Assembly: GCF_006345805.1 (NCBI RefSeq)
Contig: NC_043020.1
Location: 1,488,001-1,552,000, forward strand
DNA length: 64,000 nucleotides
Direction: 5' to 3'
DNA from: Octopus sinensis
Lineage: Eukaryota
The position numbers and the translations under genes are program-made. Below are positions 52,995 through 64,000 of the stretch, in pieces; the first letter of the stretch is position 1, and every line of letters begins with the position of its first letter. The notes under the pieces are model-generated. The model did no database searches. It was not told the DNA's origin and was given only the letters and a program-made list of their open reading frames with translations.

Positions 52995-53620
52995 ATCAAA
53001 GACTTTCCAGCCGTGCGTATCTCGCCATTTTTGCTTTATGAAACATAGTTTTCCATTGAGATGTAGTATAGTTTAAGATGGTAGGGTAGTAGTGTGGTTC
53101 AAGGAAGATTTGGTCTGTTATTTCTAGCAGGTAAAAACGACCGATACGAAGCACGCAGTCCCAAATTGGTTCACACTATCTTTAGCTGTGTTTGTTTGTT
53201 TGTTTATTTTTACCTGGTCTTCTTTTTTATCTCAGAAGGAAAAATGTAGAAGAAAAAAAATAAAGAATAACGAAATGATATTGTCAAGAGCTTAGCAAAC
53301 TTGCTTATGACCAAAGACTTTCCAGCCGTGCCTATCTCGCCAGTTTTGCTTTATGAAACATAGTTTTCCTTTGAGATGTAGTGTAGTTTAAGATGGTAGG
53401 GTAGTGTGGTTCAAGGAAGATTTGGTCTGTTATTTCTAGCAGGTAAAAACGACCGATACGAAGCACGCAGTCCCAAATTGGTTCACACTATCTTTAGCTT
53501 TGTTTGTTTGTTTGTTTATTTTTTACCTGGTCTTCTTTTTATCTCAGAAGGAAAAATGTAGAAGAAAAAAAATAAAGAATAACGAAATGATATTGTCAAG
53601 AGCTTAGCAAACTCGCTTAA
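52995..53620. repeat. Tandem duplication, period 315 bp
   Basis: aaagactttccagccgtgc at 52998 and 53313; near-identical through gagcttagcaaact. Confidence 0.92.
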
Positions 53621-53859
53621 ATGTAATAATGTCTTATCAGAATAATTTTAAAAGAAAATATTTGAGGACATGAGCGAGAAAAAATGTCGAGTCTTTCATT
53701 TATCTAGTTTCTTCCTGCGAAAAGGTTATCTCAAAGCGTATATAATAAAATTATATTTGTGTAGTGTCATTTTTCTCGAGGTTTGAGTTGACCTACCTAA
53801 AGAAAGCAAGCGAGCAAAGCGGGTCAACAGACCAACAAAAGTTATACATAAAACAAAAT

Positions 53860-54037
53860 ACAGGAAGATCAGTTAATCATGATTTATTCAACATATTCCC
53901 CTCTCAGATTCACACACTTATTGCAGCAGTCCTTAAGTTTTTCTTAACCCCGTAAAAGAACTCGGAAGGTTGTACCTCCAACCAGGCTTTTTTTGCGTTA
54001 CCCTTCAGGTCAGTAACTTACCAGCAACCTCTCGAAT
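53860..54037 (-). mobile_element. Deleted mariner derivative
   Basis: Minus translation includes ..CNKCVNLRGEYVE*; TIR-like ttaccagcaacctctcg. Confidence 0.65.
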
Positions 54038-54105
54038 ATATATGTATGAGAATGTGTACTTGAAATAATATCTGAAGCGCATACTATTGGTTATCATAGG
54101 ACTGT

Positions 54106-54168
<63 letters not shown>

Positions 54169-54211
54169 CTATCTATCTATCTATCTTTCTATCTATCTAT
54201 CTATCTGTCTG

Positions 54212-54261
<50 letters not shown>

Positions 54262-54634
54262 GTGACATTAATGACCGAGGTTACCGTGGTCTTTTCCGTA
54301 GGCTTTTCTTTCCATGGATAAATCTTATCTGTTTCCCCCTTTACACTTTACATCATGACATTTCTATGATACACGATCCCTATTGATCTTTTTTTTCTTT
54401 TTTCCTTTTTTTCTTGTATTCTTTCTTGTCTTGAGGTTCACAGCCAAACGGCTGGGTGGATTCCCGTAAAAAATGGCACACTTGTGGAGACAGGTGCATA
54501 GATTGGAATGCAGTTTGTATTTTTCCCTAGCCGCCATAGTTACCGAGAAAATCGATTAAAACCTTTTGTTCATGGAATTCCCCTGTTTGTTCCGCCATCA
54601 AAACAACCAGTTACTCACACAGCCGGCATGTACC

Positions 54635-54853
54635 TATTTCTTTACTACCCACAAGGGGCTAAACACAGAGGGGACAAACAAGGACAGACAAACGGATTAA
54701 GTCGATTATATCGACCTCAGTGTGTAACTGATACTTAATTTATCGACCCCGAAAGGATGAAAGGCAAAGGCGACCTCGGCGGAATTTGAACATAGCGGCA
54801 GACGAAACACCGCTAAGCATTTCGTCCGGCGTGCTAACGATTCTGCCAGCTCG
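54635..54853 (-). mobile_element. SINE A (tail i) with degenerate 13-bp TSD
   Basis: gccggcatgtacc at 54622-54634 vs gccagcatatacc at 54854-54866. Confidence 0.88.
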
Positions 54854-55340
54854 GCCAGCATATACCATTTCGCTAGCAACCAGGGGAGTACAGGATGCCA
54901 GTCAGCTAAAACTTTCGCTATGCTGTCTCTCTTCTTTCACCTCTTTGTGGGGTTGATAATCTTAATCGGGAGTCAGGAAATTTTCACACAGCTGGAGGCT
55001 CCAATCGGAACAGGGGACCCGAAACGATAAGGTTGAGAAACGCTGTTATAGATTATGCCTAACCGAAAACGATCATAGCCACATCATCCAAACAGACTGG
55101 GTGAAACCGGGCTTAGCTGCTAGTTTTATATAAATATCACATCAAGCAGTCAACACATTCATTCAGCTCCACTAGACAATCAAGAAACAAAATAAAAGGA
55201 CTTAATTAGTGTTTCATCTAATTTTCTTTTGGAAAATTCAAAGACGTTTTATATCTATATGTAAATACATACATAAACAAAGAAACAATACCTCCATTAG
55301 TTCAGAATAATTTTATTTGTCTATCTTCATTAATAAGCCA

Positions 55341-55760
<420 letters not shown>

Positions 55761-56426
55761 ATGTATACACACATACACACGTACACACAACGACGTATGT
55801 AACGCGAACAATAGGATATAGAAAGACAAAGGACTCATATGGTGAATACATATTAAATATCACACTTTTCATCGGAGAGAGAAAGGCTACCTTTAGAAGA
55901 TGTCCATTGTTTTGTGCAGTGCAATAACTGTGTGGGAGAGTGTGTGAGTATGTGTGAGTGTGTGTGTGCACATGTGTGTTTAATATATAAGACATATACG
56001 CGTGGATATGTACGTATAACACACACAAATATATATATATATATATATACAACTTCATTAAAACTATTGTTTTTTATTGTTCTTTTCCTTTGTTGTTTGT
56101 TGCCTTCAAATTTATATACATATACATATGTACATGCATATGTATATATATATCTATATATATATTTATGTATATATATATACGTATGTATGTATGTATA
56201 TATGCGTATATGTATGCATGTATATATGCATATATATATATATATATATATCTATATATATATAATATATATATATATATATACACGAAGGTCGTTCCCT
56301 ATATTTTCAGTTGATCAATCGATCTATTGATAAAATTGAACCACGAATCCACCTTAATAAGTACCCAAAACAGCCGTAAGTCTATACATATATATATATG
56401 TATATATATACACACACAGACACACA

Positions 56427-56487
<61 letters not shown>

Positions 56488-56672
56488 TCATTTGCTTTCC
56501 ACCCATGGTCCCGGATTCAGTCTCACTGCGTGACACCTTGGGCAAGTGTTTTCTATTATAGCCTCGAGCCGACCCAAAAAGTTGTGAGTAGATTTGGTAG
56601 ACGGAAACTGAGAAAAGTCTATCCTATGTGTATATATATATATTTTATTTATTTATTTATTTATTTATATAT

Positions 56673-56865
56673 AGAGGGCATTATTATACATACATACCAC
56701 ACGCTAAGAGGACAAAATTAGTCATTTCTTCACCAGAATTTTACTAATATTTTTTAAATGTCTTACTTTGAAAAATTGCATTCGGTTGGATTAGTAAAAT
56801 TCTTGGTAGAAATGACTAATTTTGTCCCTCTTAGCGTGTGGTATGTATGTATAATAATGCCCTCT
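56673..56865. repeat. Fold-back: ~76-bp inverted arms, ~41-nt spacer, flanked by (TA)n
   Basis: agagggcattattatacatacataccacacgctaagag.gacaaaattagtcatttct..ccagaattttactaat and its reverse complement. Confidence 0.92.
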
Positions 56866-56995
56866 ATATATAATTAATATGTTCAATGAGAAAGAATTAT
56901 TTTCGAAATTTTTTCTCTTATGAGGTTTTTCACGCTATCTACCCGATAATTTCTTGTTAAGTTTTCCTTATTAAGAAGTTGTCCTTAATTGCTAA

Positions 56996-57047
<52 letters not shown>

Positions 57048-57257
57048 GTTCGTCCTATGTAAACAAACAAGTTTGTTTTCGAAGCGTTGAAGTGTATTGT
57101 AGAACAAGTGGAAAGATAAATTTTATTTAACGCGTCAATACAGAACAGTTTACATATATATATATATATATAAGGATTAAATCCTTATACTGTTCAGTAT
57201 TTACGCGTTGAATAAATCTTATCTTTCGACTTGTTTCATATATACATAGATATGTGG

Positions 57258-57565
57258 TGGAGGCACATGAACTAGTGGTTAGAATAGCGGACTCGCGGTC
57301 GATAGAACGCGGGTTCGAATCTCAGACCGGGCGATGTGTGTGTTTATCAGCGAAACACCTAAGCTCCACGCGGCTCCGGCAGAAGGTAATGGCGAACTTC
57401 TGCTGACTCTTTCTCCACAACTTTCTCTCATTCTTTCCTCCTGCATCTTGCAGCTCACCTGCGACGGACTGGCGTCCTGTCCAGGGGTGGGGGAACCTAT
57501 ACGCCAAGGAAACCGGGAAACCGACCCTTATGAGCCGCCAGGCATGGCTTGAGAAGGAACAACCA
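57258..57565 (+). mobile_element. SINE C with tail U
   Basis: ggaggcacatgaactagtggttagaatagcggactcgcggtc..ctgcgacggactggcgtcctgtccagggg. Confidence 0.9.
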
Positions 57566-58137
57566 AAACGTAGATGTGTGTGTGTGTGTGAGGTGTTACC
57601 ACACAGTTTCTGTCTACCAAATTCACTCACAAGGTCGGTCCGATGCAGTAGTAAAAGACACGGGCCTAAAGTGCAGCGCAATTGGACCGAATCGGAAAGC
57701 ACTTAGTTGCAAGACCAAATTCTTTACCACAAAACTGTGTGGCGTAACTTCGGTATAGGTACATTTCAAGAAAGTGTTTTTTTTTTTATATGGGGGCTAG
57801 GGTTAGGGTTTCTGCTAGGGTTAGGGTTAGGGGTGGGAGAAAAGGGTTTCTGTTATCTTCAGAAATGTAAACAAAGCCAATTCCGGTACTTACGGTACCT
57901 ATACCGAAGGATCGCCGGCCATGTTTAATGTTCTGTTTGTCTTTTGCTTTTTTTTGTTTCTGTCTTCCTAATTTTGTTTTCTTTTTCTCCTGTATTTCAA
58001 CAGTCTCCTGAAAATATCTGAATCATGAAATCAAACGATGGATTAAGGTTATGGCTTGTTGTCATTCAGCTGTTGGTGGTTCTGAAAACAGGTGAGTAGA
58101 AACAGCCGCCATTTCTATATATATACACATAGCTTCT

Positions 58138-58433
58138 GACGCTCCATCGGTTACGACTACGACGAGGGTTCCAGTTGAGGGTTCCATTAACGTGTACGTG
58201 GCTGAGTACTCCACAGACACGCGTAATCCTAACGTAGTTCTCTGGGAGATTCAGCGTGACACAGTATATGACAAGGATGGTCTTTTCAAATACAGGTACA
58301 ACTCATTTTTCCCAGCTGAGTGGAATGGAGCGACGTGAAATAAAGTGTCTTGCTCAAGGACAAAACGCGCCGCTGGGACTCGAACTCACAACCTTACAAT
58401 CGTGAGCTGAATATATTTTAACCACGCACCTTC
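58138..58433 (-). mobile_element. SINE D with tail T
   Basis: Tail T, CORE-like cccagctgagtggaatggagc..gtgtcttgctcaaggac, degenerate head. Confidence 0.8.
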
Positions 58434-58465
58434 ATACACGGTTTCTATTACTATTGTCAATAGCA

Positions 58466-58509
<44 letters not shown>

Positions 58510-58565
58510 CTGTGATATGTGTATGTGTGTGTGTGTATGTATATATGTATATATGTATATATGTA

Positions 58566-58650
<85 letters not shown>

Positions 58651-58764
58651 GATATATATATATATATATATATATATATCTATATCTGTATGTGTAGTGT
58701 GTGCTTAGTCAAAAGATGGACAAGATGGGAGAAAAGAAAGTGGGGTTAACAGAGAGAGAGAGAC

Positions 58765-58880
58765 GGAGAAAAAGAGAGAGGGGAGAGAGGGGGAGAAAAA
58801 GAGAGAGGGGAGAGAGGGGGAGAAAAAGAGAGAGGGGAGAGAGGGGGAGAAAAAGAGAGAGGGGAGAGAGAGGGGGAGAA
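58765..58880. repeat. 27-bp all-purine minisatellite, ~4 copies
   Basis: ggagaaaaagagagaggggagagaggg repeated. Confidence 0.9.
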
Positions 58881-59660
58881 AAAGAGAGAGAGAGACAGAC
58901 ATAGCAACAGAGACAAAGGGAGAGATACAGGAAAAAAACAACCAAAATATCGAGTCCTTAAAAATCATTCAGTAAGGGAATTCATTAGGAAGACTTCCTC
59001 AAGTCTCTCATGAACCCCAGAACTCATAAGGGCCGAACTGAACCCTTTGCCTGTCCTATGTATGACGTCATATAACGACAGGCAAAAAGGTTAATCCCTG
59101 GTCTTACATTCTTCCTTGGTGTTCATGCATTATGTATGATATACATTCTCAATTTTTTTTCCAAACACTACAGTATTTTAGGACGTAGGACGTCTCCCAG
59201 ATTAACACTAATAATCTGGTTCCTTGGATGTCTTTATGGGGGTCCGCTCAGCATGGAGCATTCTGGAAATATCCCTGGTTTGAGAATTACTACACGTCTC
59301 ACCTTTATCCACCGGACAAGAAGTTTCTGGAAAAATGGACATAGGTCTGTCCTTCTTTAATTAAGTTAATTAAAGTGGATTGCTAATGCACGTATCTTAA
59401 ATAATCGATAATTAGATTTTGTTTTTCTCCTCTAATCAATAACTGAATGCATTAACAGCTTAGGACTCTGTTTTAAACAGGATAAAAACATTAGAGTGGT
59501 TGCCTGGACGATGCTGTGCCGTGTGTATATGGGACGTGTGTGGATGTTTCGCTGTATTTAAGTTTACACCCACACACACACACACATTTCTTGTAACAAA
59601 AGAAAAGTGTGTAATCACCGTTATTTATACCTTGTTTATATATATATACCCTCGCATGAA

Positions 59661-59719
<59 letters not shown>

Positions 59720-59727
59720 TAATAATA

Positions 59728-60067
59728 ATGTGGAACCTGAAGACCAAAACAATACCTGTTGTCATAGGTGCCCTGGGAATGATAGCGAAAGGGGCTGATT
59801 GCTACCTAACTCAGATACCAGGAAACTCCAAAATGGCAGAAATTCGCTCATATCCTACGCAAAATACTCTCTATGTAATCCCAAGGTTTAAAACAAACTT
59901 TTTTTTATTAGACATTCACTAGTACAACAGCAAAAAAAAAAAAAAAAACAAATATATGGCACACTAGGCATAACAACAACATGAACTTCCAACCCTGTTG
60001 TCTCTTGAGGTCTCTGGGTGAGACTTTGAGCCAACTTGTACAGACATAAAGCAAAAGTCAAGCATAG
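59728..60067 (+). mobile_element. R4/Dong-type 3' terminal fragment embedded in (AAT)n
   Basis: WNLKTKTIPVVIGALGMI..AEI/AHILRKILSM* plus 3' UTR; (AAT)n on both sides (59664-59728 and 60068-60113). Confidence 0.85.
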
Positions 60068-60080
60068 AATAATAATAATA

Positions 60081-60109
<29 letters not shown>

Positions 60110-60116
<7 letters not shown>

Positions 60117-60240
60117 CAACAACGAAAAATACTTTAGGAATGAGAACTCAGGTTCGAAATTTCCTCAAGACACCTGATGAAGGCTGGAGGGTATATCAGC
60201 CGAAAAATTGTGTTAACAACAAACAAGATTAGGACAAATA
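60110..60240 (+). mobile_element. PLE-like fragment with hammerhead motif, stem III mutated
   Basis: Paralog of 17995-18245: gacac CTGATGA A ggctg gagggtatat cagcc GAAA aatt gtgtt (60169-60214). Confidence 0.7.
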
Positions 60241-60617
60241 TGAGTATGTGTGTGTGTGTATGTATACGATGGGCTTCTTTTAGTTTCCGTCCACGAAATC
60301 TTTTCACCAAGACTTCGGTTGGCTCTGGGTTACAGAAAACCTTGCCCAAAGTGTTGCACAATGAGACAGAGCCAAGACCGCACGCCTTCGACTAGTCGCA
60401 TTTGCGCCTATTGGAAGTCGAAATTTCACGAGTTGTTATTGTGAGGTTTACGCTTCAGATCTTCGGATCATAGATCGCACTTCCATTCTAAGTGTTGATT
60501 GTATAAACTCTTGGTGTTAGTAGGGACTGGAATCAAGTAGATATTGGCAATATTTGTTGCTGCATACACATGTCTGATTTTCCCAGAAGATTTGGTATCC
60601 GAGAAGATATAGTGAAC

Positions 60618-60856
60618 TGGTGCATAATTATTGCGGCTTTTTTTCAACAAATTTTATTCAACAAAAACAACAACAACATGTAACAAAAACGTCTTTAAAT
60701 GATTATTCCGGAGTATATTCACCATCGACTTCAATTACTGCTTCCCATTTGCTTGGCAGACGGTCAGACCATCATTTAAAAATGTTTTTGTTAAATATTG
60801 TTCTTGTTTTTGTTGAATAAAATTTGTTGAAAAAAAGCCGCAACAATTATGCACCA
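60618..60856. mobile_element. mariner-derived MITE with long TIRs
   Basis: tggtgcataattattgcggc..caacaaattttattcaacaaaaacaa is inverted at the right end; the interior encodes DRLPSKWEAVIEVDGEYTPE* on minus. Confidence 0.88.
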
Positions 60857-60899
60857 ACACGATATAAATATCAATTTAAAATCTTCAATTTAAATCTTC

Positions 60900-61300
60900 G
60901 TCCCTTTAACGAATGTTTCCACGCACCCATTGTGTCTTTATTCAAATCTGAAATCTTTTGTTCCCTTCTGCTATGATTTAAACCATTGCAGATACATTAA
61001 GTGTATGACATCAGTTAACCCTGTTGCCCTCATACCTTCGGCTTTTCCCAGTCCCACCACAATTCTGTCTGTCCATATCGACTTAATTTCGTTCGTTCTA
61101 GGTGTTTCGCAGATCCTTATCATATCGCATTTGGTCTTCTTCCCCTCCTTCATTAGATGGACCATTCCTCTTCTTGCTAAAGACCTGCAGTTGTAGATAG
61201 ATATAGCAAGAGCGATTCTTTGACAGCCTGTGGGTATTCGAGATTCTTAGTTGCCCCTGGTCGCTCAAGTTCCGCTTCGCTGCTATGGAACTATCCAATT
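60900..61300 (-). mobile_element. RTE-clade apurinic endonuclease N-terminal fragment, degenerate
   Basis: ALAISIYNCRSLARRGMVHLMKEGKKTKCDMIRICETPRTNEIKSIWTDRIVVGLGKAEG: the YNCRSL, CET and WTD..GKAEG pattern of RTE APE domains. Confidence 0.65.
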
Positions 61301-61685
61301 TACCCTACAGGAGATTGAGTCCCATTTTCACACATTGTTGTAGCCTTCAAATGAAGCCACCCCACTGATCAGACGGGCAGGTCATATACAATCATACATA
61401 TAAACATAAATACCCCTAAACATATATACCCTAAACATACATACCCCAAAATTCTGTCTCTGACATTCTTATGCGAAGAGATGCAGATTCTTGGGCGTAT
61501 CCTTCGACAGTTCAACCAACACCAACTAAACCACATATTTACAAAGAACTCTCTTAATTCAAAAAATCTTGTCGATTTGTTAGCGACCGACTTGATCTCT
61601 CTCAAGAAGAACTTGAATAAAACTCAAAGAAAAACATACATACACACACATATATGTATACTTTATTCTATCTATCTATCTATCA

Positions 61686-61771
<86 letters not shown>

Positions 61772-61782
61772 TTCTATCTTTA

Positions 61783-61834
<52 letters not shown>

Positions 61835-62074
61835 AATCTATATCCCTACATATCTTGCATCTAATTTCTTTCCTCCACCTCGATCTCTATTTTGTATCAC
61901 AATCTAAACTAACTATGATTTCACCATCTTCTCACACCGTCTCCAATGAAGGGATATAATTAATAAATATCCTGCAAACAGCTGTAAGACCTTCTATCTA
62001 TAAATGTTCTAATATTTACACAGCCTTGATTTTTTAAAACTCATTATGCAAAAAAATTCTTATCTATCTATCTG

Positions 62075-62975
<901 letters not shown>

Positions 62976-63188
62976 GTCTGTCTGTGCGTATGTGTGTCTG
63001 TAAAGAAAACAAAACCCAAGTAAATACTATAAAGACCAAGCAAGCATCTGTGACCCGTTCGTACCTGATATGCGAGAGTTTTACAACTGCTTACGTCGTT
63101 AAGATAGCGGTTGACCTACAATAAAACAGATCGATGTCCTGTTTTCCGTCACCAGGAAATGCAATTAATTCTCAAAATCAAAGAGGAA

Positions 63189-63260
<72 letters not shown>

Positions 63261-63467
63261 CAGTTCATAGATATAAGAAATATAAAAACGAACACTCTCG
63301 GTGGTAAGGGAGCTTGTGTGCGGACGCCTCACTTACTAGAGAAAGCAGCCAAATCTCTCTTAAATGAGGTTCTGCGCATTTTTGCTTTTCTTCTAAAAAA
63401 AGAAAGGATACGTTTGTCAATGTACTTCTAAAAATTAAGAAAAAAAATGTGATGGTCACATCTACAA

Positions 63468-63885
63468 GGCGCAGGAGTGGCTGTGTGGTAAGTAGCTTGT
63501 TTACCAACCACATGGTTCCGGGTTCAGTCCCACTGCGTGGCACCTTGGGCAAGTGTCTTCTACTATAGCCTCGGACCGACCAAAGACTTGTGAGTGGATT
63601 TGGTAGACGGAAACTGAAAGAAGCCCGTCGTATATATGTATATATATATGTATATATGTGTGTGTGTGTGTTTGTGTGTCTGTGTTTGTCCCCCTAGCAT
63701 TGCTTGACAACCGATGCTGGTGTGCTTATGTCCCCGTTACTTAGCGGTTCAGCAAAATGGACCGATAGAATAAGTACTGGGCTTACAAAAGAATAAGTCC
63801 CGGGGTCGAGTTGCTCGACTAAAAGGCGGTGCTCCAGCACGGCCGCAGTCAAATGACTGAAACAAGTAAAAGAGTAAAAGAGTAA
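63468..63885 (+). mobile_element. SINE B, full length
   Basis: Matches the 33415 copy; (AGAGTAAA)n tail. Confidence 0.93.
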
Positions 63886-64000
63886 GTCTTGGATCATTAT
63901 CTTGCTTCAATCAGGAATGGCTCAGGGCTAAACAGCAACACAACCGCAATCATCACAACAGCCGCAGCAGCAGCAGAAACAGCAACAACAACAACAAGAA

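Noticed and set aside
57795-57835. Interstitial telomere
   Set aside because: Only about three TTAGGG units, inside an inverted-repeat element.
63955-64000. CAG/CAA tract suggesting polyglutamine coding
   Set aside because: Short, cut by the window edge, with no supporting ORF context.

Overview
AT-rich eukaryotic, repeat-saturated window with one 100-N scaffold gap (15249-15348). I cannot support any intact host protein-coding gene, true tRNA/rRNA gene or CRISPR array. Almost every long ORF in the track is a translated microsatellite or a transposon relic. The repeat landscape looks to me like an octopus (coleoid cephalopod) genome; this is inference from memory of such repeats, not a search. 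Contents: (1) dozens of tRNA-headed SINE copies in four recognisable families, labelled A-D here; (2) non-LTR retroelement relics: R4/Dong-type REL elements, RTE/BovB pieces, and Penelope-like (PLE) RT and GIY-YIG pieces; (3) DNA transposon relics: mariner, maT DD37D, Tc1, pogo/Tigger, several MITEs and Helitron-like 5' ends; (4) very long compound microsatellites. Most notable: several families of minimal hammerhead-ribozyme motifs of the PLE type (one intact, one family with a shared CCGAUGA core variant); SINE A repeatedly forms headless ~185-bp tandem units at one fixed junction (AAAGAAATA|GGTATTTCG), and its target duplications also tend to start with GGTA; the probable LINE donor of the SINE A tail appears at 62.2-63.0 kb; and SINE heads and tails are swapped combinatorially. 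Family labels A-D and tail labels (i), (ii), T, U, V are mine. Coordinates of degenerate copies are approximate.
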